Assembly: GCA_028023455.1 (NCBI GenBank)
Contig: JAQFVV010000009.1
Coordinates: 4,092,001 to 4,156,000 of the forward strand
Direction of reading: 5' to 3'
DNA from: Epiperipatus broadwayi
Lineage: Eukaryota > Animalia > Onychophora
Length of the DNA: 64,000 bases
Shown piece after piece: positions 38,400 to 51,639 of this stretch. Every line of letters begins with the position of its first letter. The first letter of the stretch is position 1. Position numbers and translations under genes: made by a program. The notes under the pieces are model-generated. The model saw nothing but the letters and a program-made list of their open reading frames with translations, ran no database searches and was not told where the DNA came from.

Positions 38400-39890
38400 C
38401 TAAAATAAAAATAAGTATATATATATTGTACTGCTAATGAACAGTGTTAAACATCCCTAATTTTTATTAAAAATTAAGATAAAAATAAGTTATAAGTGGC
38501 TTAAAGATTTATTTTTTTTTTAAAACAAAAATTTTAAAAATACTGCTCATATTTTTCTTTTAGAATAAAACTTCTTAGCAGGAGGAGGGAGAAATGTATA
38601 ATAGAATTAAAGAAAAGTTAAAACTTTTTTCTCTCTTCCTTTGTAAAAAAAAATCTTTTACAATGTATAAAATAAGCCAATGTCAAATAGGACTAAAATA
38701 TAATCAGTAAAAATAAAATATTTGGAAAACTTTGAAAAATGTAATTAATTAGTTTATAAGATTTCTGATTAAATTGTATTAATTAAAAAAAAAAACTAAA
38801 CTATCTTACCAAGATCAATTAGACAAATCTAAATAGATTAAAATTAAGGCAAATGTAAAAAATTAAATAAAAAAAAATGTAAAATTAATTATTCAAGTTA
38901 AGATCAAAATTAAAATAACGGTAACAAATTAAAATAATATAAAGAAAAAATATATAGAATCACTCTCTCTATTGTTCATCAGCCTGGTTTGTGATATATA
39001 GTCTGGTCTTTTGTGATCAAATTATTCCAGTCATCAATTTGTTATTAGTCCAAAGTTTGGGTTCTTTCTAAAAAATGCAGAATATTCGGAAATTGTAAAT
39101 GCAGTAGTAAGCCAGTCAATTACTGCTGTAGTCAACATTAATGGAGAGGCTGCATAAGCCATAGAAGTGTCTGATAGGGCTTCATGCCCTAAGCCCTCAA
39201 CTATCCCGCTGAATCAGGACCTGGAATCAATGCCAAAATTATGAAGTAAAAGTTGCTGCATATCCTCTCTCATTATTGGATATAAATCCAGATGGAAAAC
39301 CTTAAAGCCATCGATGGAGGAACAAAAGGCCAACCGGTTTGAAAGCAAAACCATTGGCCAAAACGCACAAAATAAAACCTGGGTAAATAAACTTTTAAAG
39401 AGCTGTGTACACACTTAATGAAATGAACTTTAATTAACAGACTATTATAATTATAGCCTAAAGTAATCATTTACAGTTTTCTTATGTAAAAATTTATTGT
39501 TATTTTATACTGTATTAAGTATATATGTATGTAAATAATTAAATATTAATGTTTGCTTTGTTATTTTGCCTGGTTTCTCTTTCTCTCTTGTCACTGCATT
39601 ACCAGTAATTTAATGTAGAGTTATTTTATATGTTAAGTAAATATGCTGGACCCTGAGACAGAGTGCAAGTTAGTCATGGGATATTTTGAATGCTGGATTG
39701 TAGATCTGTTGTCCAAAACATGCTAATTATGAATTATGATTAGCTGGTGCCTGATATTTACTTCTAAACAAATAAAATGCTTTAAGTGGGAGGGGTTTGA
39801 ATCTAACAGTCAAGGTGGCCATGGTCCGGAAATGTGATTGAGTTAATTTTTGCATAGCTCGATTTGACCGTGGTATCGTTGATGGTTCTG

Positions 39891-40040
39891 CTATCGATGG
39901 CATTCTCCCCTCTGCTTGAAGGGCCAGTCTGTTCATGTAAAATTTTTAAACCAAATTAAACTACTATTGATGGCATTCTCACCTCTGCTTGAAGGGCCAG
40001 TCTGTTCATGTAAAATTTTTAAACCAAATTAAACTACTAT
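39891..40040. repeat. Near-perfect 73-bp tandem duplication
   Basis: ctat(c/t)gatggcattctc(c/a)cctctgcttgaaggg...aaactac starts at 39891 and 39964. Confidence 0.9.
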
Positions 40041-40669
40041 TAAATGGACCCGGTTCAATATATATATATTGTAAAAGTAGTCCCAACCTATTAAAATCAA
40101 GTTATAATGTTAATTATATTATAAGTAGATTGTGACATCATTCTGTTTGTTTTTTATTATTTTTTACTTTTGTTATGTTAAGTCTACTGATTAAAATATG
40201 AGAGAAATTGATACTCAATTGACCAAATTCCTGAATTTAATATGGGAGTATAACAAAGAAAGATGGGATCTAAAATTAAATTATTACATTAATTCTTTTT
40301 TTAAAAAATAATATTATTAAAGAGATTAAAAATTAAAACTCTTAAACAATGGGAAGGCACACAATGTATAAACTCTCAATACACACTGATATGTGAGAAA
40401 AAAACTGAATTGTTTTAATCAAGACAAAAATAGGTAATTGTTTTTAAGCAATTAACACATATAATAATAATGCTTAGAAATGAATTAAGGTTCGTTTTAT
40501 AAAAGAAGAAATTATCTCCAAAAACTAATAATTTGAATCTGCAGATATGAAGAACTTTGGCTGTTAAAGTTTTATTTTTATTATTAAATTATTAATATTT
40601 TATTAATTGTTAGCTGGAAACCAAACACTGATAAAAATAGTAATTCTGATGAATATTAATTAGGCAATA

Positions 40670-42551
40670 CAGAAAAATGCAGGGATAAAAGACACATTAA
40701 ATGTTGCAGATGGGATACTGCCAGTCATATGCCTATGCTTATTAATGATTCAACGGTATAAGGTAATAACATCAGAAATGTCTTCACCATCATCAGGATC
40801 ATGGAGAAAGCAGCAGTAAACATAGGAATATCATACGTACACTGGAAAGTCATCAACCGATTACCTAGGGGACGACCAGGCAAAAACAAATGGTGACTTC
40901 CAAGATCCAGAAATTTTCCTATTTTAGAAGGAACCAGTCACCTTATCATCTATGCACTCACATACTGAAGAATAGCTAACTACATGGACTACTTAATTTA
41001 AATTATTCAAATTATATCTCTATCATGTAGAACCCATTTTTCTTTGTTGTACAATTTCTTTTATTGCTTTTTTTGGAAAAGAAATTGATGATCTAGCCCT
41101 ATAATCATCAATCATAATTATGTAGGGGGGTCTACAGGTCTATCACTAATTTTTTGAGTGTAATAAAATCTCTAGACCTACAACAAAAGTGAGATTTTAT
41201 CTATAAAACATTAAATACTCACATTAGTACAGGACAAATTTATATTTATTGTTATTGTTAAATTAGCTTAATTATTATTATTTTGTTATTCTGTATGATT
41301 GACTAAACATCTTGTATGAATGGCAATTGCTATCATAAACACTAGTAGTGTCAAAGGGATGACTACATACCCAAGGATGACAATCAGTAAATCATGATGC
41401 ACTGCCATAGATTAAGGTTGCCAAATTAAAGCCAGGGGATAGAAGGGTTGGTCAACAGAATGATCATATCAATCATGAATTACATTGTTAAATTAAGTAA
41501 ATGTTTAGAGTAGGTAGTGAATGACCATCCTACATGGGGTCCAAGGATAGTGGATAATCATAATATTATGTGAATCAAATGGAGGATAATCTGATCTATC
41601 CAAATGTGATCTATCCAAATGTAAACTGATTTGTTATTAAAAGGTTGTAAATCACCAATAATTAAAAAAAGTTTATGATTTATTTTACTCAATTAGAGTT
41701 TGTGTATGTTTATCAATTATCTGACTTTCCATTGCCCCTGCCACATCATTTACTTAACTTTCCATTACCCATGCCATATCATTTATCTATTTTTTCCATT
41801 AGCCATGCCATATCATTTACTCAACTTTCCATTACCCATTCCATATTATTTACTCAACTTTCCATTACCCATGCCATATCATTTACCTATCCATTATCCA
41901 TGCCATATCATTTACTTGACTTTCCATTACCCATGCCACATCATTTATCTATCTTTCCATCATTTATCTATCTTTCCATTAATCATTACTTATCATTTAG
42001 TCAACTTTTGATCGCCCATACCATTGCATTTATCCAACCTTCCATTATACATGCCATATTACATACCTAACTCAAAGGTACATATTTTTAGTTTATATCA
42101 AACTTAGGATAATCATCACCCTAGCTTATTAGGATCATGCATATAACTGTGGAGTTTGAATACCGAAGAGTGACAGGAATATGACGAGAACCCATGATAT
42201 TGATGACTTAAGAGCAACCGTATAGTAACAATATGCATTAGAATTCAAAGTTGTTCCATGGCCCCAAGGTACAAATAAAATGAGTGGAACAAATAACTAT
42301 TTTGTTCTATACCAATCCAATTAAGGATCAATGTTTGGTGCTAGACACTGTTCAATTGCACCTTTAGGAGAATCTGGTCTCATATACAATAGACCATTCC
42401 GTTACAAATGGTCCCGCCATTTGTTGGAGGCACGAACTCTGATGGTTGTCATATCCGTTCTGTTACAAATGCCATACCAATCGTGGTACTGTTAAACAAG
42501 AGCCTAGGAGAATAGTTCATTCCATTAAACAATAAACTCATTTCCATTACA
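40670..42551 (+). repeat. 5' LTR (left edge approximate)
   Basis: It is homologous to 48269-50195 and ends ...aataaactcatttccattaca, followed by aa-TGGTGAC. Confidence 0.8.
41720..42060. repeat. ~33-bp minisatellite inside the 5' LTR
   Basis: actttccattacccatgccatatcatttactca-type units are reiterated. The counterpart lies at 49460-49700. Confidence 0.85.
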
Positions 42552-42553
42552 AA

Positions 42554-42567
42554 TGGTGACTAAAGTG
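42554..42567 (+). promoter_or_regulatory. Putative primer-binding site
   Basis: TGGTGACTAAAGTG lies 2 nt after the LTR-terminal CA. The priming tRNA cannot be identified with confidence. Confidence 0.5.
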
Positions 42568-45500
42568 TTAGGGCAAGATCATTTCTGTTACAAATGATAT
42601 CCAATGTGTTAGGCATGACATCCGATAGTTATCTTATAATACACTGTAAAATCTATACTATTAACTGGGTCTTCAAAACCATAAGTAACATACCGCTACA
42701 AATGACACCACTATGTAATAATCTTAAATCCAAAGGATTATTTCATATAAAGTTAAACCTAGAAGTAGCACTTTTACATCACTCGAAAAAATTAAAGATA
42801 AATTTAATGAATATCAAATTCAAAGAAATTAAATTCTTTGCCGTGTGTTTACAGTTGACCGTTATTCGGACAGCCATTACATCTGATTGGCTCAGAGAGA
42901 TTTCCAGTATCTCAATTTATTTCAATAATATGGTAGGTAAAATGACTTAATGTGTGGCATATGGAAATCAGGTAAATGAGAAACTAAAAATAATAATAAT
43001 ATGGGTGGTAGTTAACCAATTAAATGAAGATGTAAAAAAGTGCATAATAACAATCTAAAATGCTGAATGATTAGGAAATAAACAGTAGCTTATAGTAGGC
43101 ATGTAAAGGCAGGGAAATCTCTATGACATTGAACAAGTATTATTGTGAAAAAAGTTCCATTACAGAACTAGCAAATATCATGTAGAAAAGGTCAAGATAC
43201 TTGTAAATGATAAGGAAGTACAGAAAAATGGATACAGAAAGTGATCAAGAGGTCAGAGAAGTTATAAAAGAAGGCTAGGCAAAACCCTGTAAAAGAAAAG
43301 AGAAGCATCTATTTCAGATAGAAGGAAACAGGATGAGATATCCAAGGGGATTGGAGCTGAAATGGATAAACCTCAAAAAGAGAATGTCAGTGAAAAAGGC
43401 AAGAGAAGAGGGTATAAGGCATGAAGATGCAACAAATGTTTGACAAACAAAACAGCAAATTGGACCAAATAAAGGCAGATCTTACTGGACTGAAATCAGG
43501 GATGGGATTAGTGAAGTGAGATATGACCAAATTGACCATCAGTTAAGAAAAGAAAATGGATAAACAAAATAATGAAATGAAAACAGAATTCATAAGGCTT
43601 AGTAACCAAACTTCGGAACTGAGGGACCAAGTCAAAGATATGAAGGGAGACATCGAAAGAATGGACTTTAAATGTCAAAATAGAATAAACGGGAAAGGAA
43701 AGATGACTAGAAGATAGGTTTAATGATGAAGTTGCGAAAATTACATGAGCATGTGAAAATCTAAACCTCAATATGAAAAAGAGACAAGAACATTAGGAAT
43801 CGCAAGTGAAGGGGGAAATAGAGAAAGTAGCCATGGAAATCATACAAAATAATAGAATGACGAATATAGAAGGGAAAATGAAGTTAATGGAGGGGAATAA
43901 TCAGAGACTAATGAAGCACAAGTTGTGATTGAGAATAAAATCTCGCAAAATAATGAGGGCCTCAAGAAAATGACTGAGAAGCAAAATAAATTATGGCCCA
44001 AGAACTAAAAGGATCAATCAACCAGCGTATTGGGATCCTAGATGATGGGTTAATAAAGAGGACCGGAGAGATTCAGTAAAATAACCCAAAGGAACTCACA
44101 GGGTCAAGGGTGACAAGAAGAAAGGAGGTCACTCATAGGAAAATTAGATATCCCATTAAAAAGGTCTTAGGCAAAGAAAGGGATCATAATGAGATAAATC
44201 CCACAATTGGAATTGAGGATGAGGGGAGAATGATGCCCCTACAACATGTAAATATGGATAAAGCTTTACCTTGAATAAAAGAAAGAAGAGACAGGAAGTC
44301 AGAAGGCGAAACCTACAGAAAATACAACTCAACAGTCAGTTCAATATAAGAATAGTACAGTGAGCTCAGTCAACCAGTTTGTTAAGATGAAGGTATTCAA
44401 AGGCTTATCTACTGAAACCACTACTGAATATCTTAGGAGCCTAGACCTGTACCTCTTGATAATTCAGAACCTATCAGATGGGGAGATCATAATCACACAC
44501 AGCCATTTGCAGGACGATGCATTAGCATGGTAGGAATTACTATTCCAGACACCTTCAACCTATGAAGATTATAAATCCCTAGTAATAAAGAGTTTCTGGA
44601 ATGAAAAGGAAGCATTACTACATCTGAAAATGCAAGAGAAGTACCTTAACACACCAGCGGAGACATTGGTGAAATTCTTTAGATTGCAAGGTTAAAAACC
44701 CTGGATACTTACCCACTAAGCAAGAGGCAAACCCTTCATATAGCTTGGCATAATCTTCACTTGCAGCTCAACAATCATTAATATGCACCATGTTAGTAAC
44801 ATTGAGCAGCTAGCAGAATTACTTAATAGTACTGACATCAATAACCAAAACATAAATAGTAAATTCAGTGAAAAGAGAAAAAAAGAAATCCCCATCAAAG
44901 CCATTAACTACAAAAGAAAAAAAACAATAGCCAATACCAAATAACAAAAATGAAAAGATGAATCATGAAAAACCTACCAATAGTAGGAATGATAAGACCA
45001 GGAACCAGTCACTGTGGGGCATGAAATGCACATTTGAGACCTCCAATACCATACCAAAGCCATCGTCCTGTGTTAAATAAAACCCCAATTAAAACAGTAG
45101 CACAACAAACTAAATAGCTACTTGAGTGATCGTTCCTCTTCTCAAGCAATCACATTAAATAAGATGAACAAAATAAAAATCTTTAGTCGGGGTAAGTGAT
45201 GAAGTCTTATAAATGACACTGCTCCCGAGATATGACCTACCTACAATTGACTGCATAGCATCAAATGTCCCTGAAGCACTCATACAAGCAAAAATCGCTG
45301 AATTCAATTTCATCGATGGTGATATAACGGAAAATATTTCCAAAGTGCCAGGAGTTTCAACAACACATCACATTATTCGATGATCAGTCATTTCAATCCA
45401 AGTCATACCATACCATACCATACTAATATTGCATGCTTGTGTATAACTGTTGTTGTATAGTGAGTTTTGCCTGTTTTAACATACTAATATCGTGAGGAAA

Positions 45501-45780
45501 TAACCAAGCAAATCAATAAGATGCTTGAGTGGGGGATTATTTCCAATGGGGGATTATTTCCAAATACTTTTCACCATACTGCAATCCTGTAGTAACAGTG
45601 AAGAAGAAAGATGCATCAATAAGATTTTGTCTAGATGCTAGGCAACTAAACAAAATTAATGTTTCTGACAGGAATATACCATCGCTCATCCATGAGCTAT
45701 TCATGAAATTTGGAAATAAAAAAAGTATTCTCTACTTTTGACTTAACCTCAAGCTATTGGCAGATAGAACTCCACCCAGA

Positions 45781-45860
45781 GTGTGAAGGTGTCACATACC
45801 AGTTCAATCGAATGCCATTTGTGTGAAGGTGTCACATACCAGTTCAATCGAATGCCATTT
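45781..45860. repeat. Perfect 40-bp tandem duplication within the Gypsy RT
   Basis: gtgtgaaggtgtcacataccagttcaatcgaatgccattt occurs twice in tandem. Confidence 0.95.
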
Positions 45861-48254
45861 GAATTGACAAATAGTGGGGCGGGTCTAATCAGATGCCTAG
45901 ATGAAACCCTCTCCGGAGATCAAGCAGATGACCATCATTTATGCAGGATGTCATAATTGCCTTATCTATTACTGAAGAACACTTTCAACATTTGAGAAAA
46001 TTCATTAAAGAATGCCATGATAAAGGAATCAAAGTCAATTTTAACAAAAGTACACTAAATGAGTAATGAAGTTACATTCTTAGGACATATCATTGGTAGC
46101 AGTGAGATGAAACATCATCCTGATAAAATCAGGACCATACAGAACTTATCAAAACCTATGAATAAGAAACAAATCCGATCATTTTTGTGACTTTATAATT
46201 TTACAATCATTTTTACAAAAACTTCTTTTATAGCATGGAACCATTGTTGAAACTCATCAGAAAAGATAAAAATGAAATTGGGCCGAATAGCAAAACAAGG
46301 CATTTGAGGAAATTTAAACAGGATTTCTTGAGCAAACAGTGCTGGCTTTTCCTGACTTTAATAAGCCGTTCATTGTACAAACCGAAAGTAGTGATTTTGG
46401 ATTAGGAATGACATTATCCCAAATCCAGAAGGATGGCCAACCAGGGGTCCTCTATTTCATTAGCCACCTGCTAAAGGGACCAGAATTAAATTGCACAGTT
46501 AAAGAGAAGAAGGCACAAGAAATAGTGTGGCCCTTCCAAAAATTTAGACAGATGCTGCTTGGATCAGAGGTAATAGTGACCATAAAAGCCCCGGATTCTT
46601 GAATCACTATAACAGTCCAACACTGTAAAGGATCTGAAAACATAGTAGCTGATGTACTAAATCAAAATCCATATGGGTTAGAATGACATCTGTTCACACT
46701 GATGCAATATTCAATAAGGATGAAGAGAATGATTTGGTAAATATTCATGACCTACAGCCCCAAGATGAAAAACTGATTTCAATTATTAAGACATTAAATG
46801 GAGAGGAAGTTGTAAACGGACCAATGATCTTAAACAAGTCAAGTTAGAAAATAAGGTCTTATTACATGCATTGCTTATATGGGAACTACGGAGCACAAAA
46901 ATGAACAGATGCTTTAAAATTGGTTTTACTGGACTGGAATGTACAAAGACACCTAAAGGATGCATGAGGACGAAGCCAATAAACCAAAGTTATATCAGTT
47001 TGGTTGAATCTATAATACCAACAGGACCAAGTGAGATCTTAGCTATAGATTTCTATGAACCTTTACCACTATCTAACCAAAGGTATCTGTTAGTAGCTTA
47101 TAATCTCTTTTCAAAATTCGTGTCAGTTTACACAATACTCCAAGCTAATACTACATATACGATCAAAATATTAGATACACTTCACTTCAAAGAAATAGGG
47201 AAACCAAAAATGATCCTATCAGATCATATCACCCCATTCTTATCTGCAGAGTGGAAAAAATGGGTAGAAAAATTACCAACATAGACTAACCTCCATTAGA
47301 AATTTGCAAACAAACCCATGTGAACAAATTATGCGAAAACTTGGACATTTGTTTAAGGCCTATTTAGAAGAAAGACATAAGGGGTGGGTTAAGCATACAA
47401 AGCGTGTAACCAAATATATTAATTGGAATGTGAATGAATCCACAGGGTTCACACCCATCAGATTACAATTAAAACAAGATATCCCGAGTTTGTTTAGACC
47501 TACAAACTCATATTCACAAAAACCTTAATAGACCTTGAAGAGGATCAGAGAAAAGTCCATGGCTGAATCAAGTACATGGCAAATAACAAAAACCAAGTGA
47601 AGTCAAATCATCAATTTCAGATAAAAGACTTGGTTTTTGTCAAAAGACCTCACGTCAGCAAGCCACAGGAATTCACATTTTCCATAAGTTTTGCAAGGCA
47701 TATGAGGGACCATATAGATTGTAAAACAATCAGGTCCAAACGTATACTGGTTGGACTGCATAGGTAAGATAAGGGTTACCTATAATTCAAGAATATTAAA
47801 ACCCTACCATGGGAATATTCTGGAAAATTAACCTCAAAAAGGGGGTAAAAAAAGTAAAAAAAAAAGAGAATTTATGAAACAGTGGACAGACAATGTCTAC
47901 AAATACCCACAATCGAACCCACTACCAAATCAAATTCCCTAAGCTATACCCTATTATATTCATACATGCACAAGGTATCATACCAAGGATCCAATCATGC
48001 AAATATGTGATAACATCATGAGAATGAAATATTTATAGCTGACTTTAGTCAATTTCTCATTTAGAAACCGATTTTTCGTAATATCAAATTCAATGAGAAA
48101 AAAAGCAAGTCAAGTTTTTTTAAATTACAGCTTTATAAAATAAAAGTTTTGCATTATCAAACATCAAAAGAAAAGATTAAGCAAGGTTTAAGCAATAAAA
48201 CCATAACTTATCTTAATTGAGGTTTAAAACCCTTACAGTCCATTTTAGTCCTTT

Positions 48255-48268
48255 AAGGGAAGGGGAAA
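48255..48268 (+). promoter_or_regulatory. Polypurine tract
   Basis: aagggaaggggaaa lies directly before the TG that starts the 3' LTR. Confidence 0.8.
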
Positions 48269-50195
48269 TGTAAAATTATAAGATGTAGGGGTAAAAGACT
48301 CATTAAACATTGCTGATGGGATACTGCCAGTAATATGCTATTAATGATTCAACCCAATAAAATAATAACATCAGTAAGGTCTTCACATCACCAGGAGACA
48401 GTAATCACCAGGATCATGGAGAAAACAGCAGTAAACATAGGAATATCATCCGTCCACTGGAAAATCATCAACCAATTATGACCAGGCAACATCAAGTGGA
48501 TCACCAACTTCCAAGATCCAGGAATTTTCCTAATCTAGAAGGAACCAGCCATTTTATCATCTATGCAAACCAAATACTGAAGAATAGCTAACTACATGGA
48601 CTATCAATTTAATCAAATTATATCTATATCATGTAGAACTCATTTTTCTTTTATTTTTTTTAAAAGAATTGATGAAATTATCAATCATAATTGTGTAGGT
48701 GTGTGTGTGGGGGGGGATCCATAGGAAAAATGAATTTCTTACAAAAGTCTTAAAATTTTACTGTATAGGGAAGGCCATTTAACAGTAGAATTAAATCATA
48801 AGACTATTATCTGTTGTATTCTAATATTTTATAATATATATAAAATTACAACTTAATCTAAAAGTGTCAATTGCTGATCCCTAGACCTATCACTAAAGGA
48901 CTGGATGACTAACTTGGTGTTGAAATGAAATTTTATCTATAAAAACATTAAATGCTCACACTAGTACAGGACAAATTTATGTTTATTGTTATTGTTAAAT
49001 TAACTTAAATATAATTATTTATTTTCTGTATGACTGACTAAACATCTTGTATGAATGACTACTGCTATCATAAACACCAGTAGTGTTAAAGAGGGACTCA
49101 TATCCAAGGATGACAATCAATAAATCATGAAGCACTGCCATAGATTAAGGTTGCAAAGTTTAAGCCAGGAAACAGAAGGATTGGTCAACAGGATGCTCAT
49201 ATCAAATTAATCATGAATTGCATTATTAAATTAAGTAAATGTTTAGAGTAGGTAGTGAATGACCATTCTACATGGAGTCCAAGGTTAGGGGGTAATCAAT
49301 TATGCAAATCAAATGGAGGATGATCTGATCTATCCAAATGTTAAATTGATTTGTTAGAAAAGGTTGTAAATCACCAATATTGTAAACCACCAATAATGAA
49401 ATTAAGTTGTTAATGATTTATTTTACTTAATTAGAATTTGGGTATGTTTATAATTTATCTGACTTTCCATTGCCCATGCCACATCATTTACTCAACTTTC
49501 CATTACTCATGCCACATCATTTATCTATTTTTCCATTAGCCATGACTTTCCATTATCCATGCCATATCGTTTATCTATTTTTCCATTAGCCATGCCATAT
49601 CATTTACTTAACTTTCCATTAGCCATGACATATCATTTATTCAACTTTCCATTGCCCATGCCATTTCATTTATCCGTAACTTTCCAATATACATGCCATA
49701 CTACACACCTAACTCAGAGATAAATATTTTTAGTTTATATCAAACTTAGGATAATCATCACCCTAGCTTATTAGAATTGTGCATATAATCATGGAATTTG
49801 AATACCAAGGAGTGACAGGAATATGAGAACCCATGATACCGATGACTTAAGAAAACCACTGTATGGTAATAATATGAGTTGAACTCAGCATACTATAAAT
49901 GTGATACATTTATAACAGGAAAACTTTAGGGACTCAACTGAGTAGCGCAAATAACTATTTTGTGTTGTATTCCGATCCAATTAACAACCAATTATTGGTG
50001 CTAGACACTGTTCAATTGCATCGTCAGGAGAATCTAGTCTCATACTTAATAGACCATTCCAGAGCTTGGAGGCATAAACTCACTCAGATTGTCATATCCA
50101 ATCCATTACAAATGCCGTCCAAATCTGTGGGACTGTTAAATAAGAGCCTAGGAGAATAGTTCATTCCATTACACAATAAACTCATTTCCATGACA
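48269..50195 (+). repeat. 3' LTR (TG...CA)
   Basis: It starts TGTAAAATT after the PPT and ends ...catttccatgaca. It carries a minisatellite at 49460-49700 and ~160 bp absent from the 5' LTR. Confidence 0.85.
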
Positions 50196-50208
50196 ATATG
50201 TTGACATA

Positions 50209-51172
50209 TTACATTCAAATATCAGCCTTTCAAGCTAATTGCGCATACGCTTTTGTGAGTGTTAATGATAATAAATGAATACTTTCTCTCCAATACAAGA
50301 TATAGTATTTACGCAGGAATAAAATGAATCCACTTATTCCTACGACTCAAATGCTTATATATGAGCAAATCTGAAGTACTGGCAAGGAAAGCATGAGGAT
50401 GGACCACTCACTTTAAATTACTATATATGATGTCTGAATGAATGTCGGTGAAATTGTCTAGAATTTACTAAACATCACTCTAACTGAAACTTAATCATAT
50501 GTAAATAAGCATTTATTTTATATAGCGTATGTTTACAATTGTATTACACTCAAATATCAGCCTTTCAAGCTAATTGTGCATACGCTTTTGCGAATGTTAA
50601 TAATAATAAATGAATACTTTCTCTCCAATACAAGATATAGTATTTATGCAGGAATAAAATGAATCCACTTATTCCTACGACTCAAATGCTTATATATGAG
50701 CAAATCTGAAGTACTGGCAAGGAAAGCGTGAGGATGGAGCACTCACTTTAAATTACTATATACGATGTCTGAATGCGACGTCATTCATTCAGACATCGTA
50801 TATAGTAATTTAAAGTGAGTGCTCCATCCTCACGCTTTCCTTGCCAGTACTTCAGATTTGCTCATATATAAGCATTTGAGTCGTAGGAATAAGTGGAATT
50901 CATTCAGACATCGTATATAGTAATTTAAAGAGGGCTCCATCCTCACGCTTTCCTTGCCAGTACTTCAGATTTGCTCATATATAAGCATTTGAGTCATAGG
51001 AATAAATGGATTCATTTTATTCCTGCATAAATAGTATATCTTGTATTGGAGAACAAGTATTCATTTATTATTATTAACACTCGCAAAAGCGTGTGCACAA
51101 TTAGCTTGAAAGGCTGCTATCTGAATGTAATACAATTGTAAACATACGCTATATAAAATAAATGCTTATTTA
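50209..51172. mobile_element. Composite tandem + inverted repeat element (335-bp unit), 14-bp TSD AATATGTTGACATA
   Basis: Direct copies start at ~50209 and ~50544, the inversion centre is at ~50777, and inverted copies lie at 50777-50897 and 50898-51172. The TSD is at 50195-50208 and 51173-51186. Confidence 0.85.
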
Positions 51173-51639
51173 AATATGTTGACATAAAAACAAATTTATG
51201 GCTTACAATTATAAATATATTTTGTGGGTTCATCCATGTATGATTTTGATTATGAGTAGAATATTATAAAGATGGTTGTAGAAGTGCTGTAATCACTCAT
51301 TTATAACAATATTAAAGTTTCACCAATAGAAAAAAACTGGTACATAAATTGAAAAATAAAAGTCAAAAATTTCTTCAGAGTAATATGTTTTTTTCTTCCA
51401 AGAAGGAAATTTAGATGTGTCATCACATTTGTTGATACATTTTGGTCTTTTTAGTATTTCGATGAATTTTCAGATTATGTTTTTTAAAAAATTCTTCCAA
51501 ATAGAAGTTTAAATGTATCAGCATGTTTGTTGGTACATTTTGGTCTTTTTAGTATCTCAATGGCTTTTCTGATCTTATACTGGTAGACAGGATCACATCT
51601 GAATAAGATCCTGCTATTGAAAATCAATATTGTGATCTG

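Larger units (their letters stand above)
40670..50195 (+). mobile_element. Ty3/Gypsy LTR retrotransposon, decayed, ~1.9-kb LTRs
   Basis: The two LTRs are colinear. RT motifs include PYCNPVVTVKKKD.SIRFCLDARQLNK, DLTSSYWQIEL and YQFNRMPF. RNase H reads LAFPDFNKPFIVQTESSDFGLG. Integrase includes ILAIDFYEPLP and PCEQIMRKL. The domain order RT-RH-IN fits Gypsy. Confidence 0.92.

Noticed and set aside
41675-42070. 131-aa and 103-aa repetitive ORFs
   Set aside because: These are translations of the 33-bp LTR minisatellite.
50690-50800. Hammerhead-like strings in the 335-bp unit (CTGAAGTA...GAAAGCGT; CTGAATGA...GAAATTGTC)
   Set aside because: The core spacing is wrong and there is no convincing helix I or III pairing.
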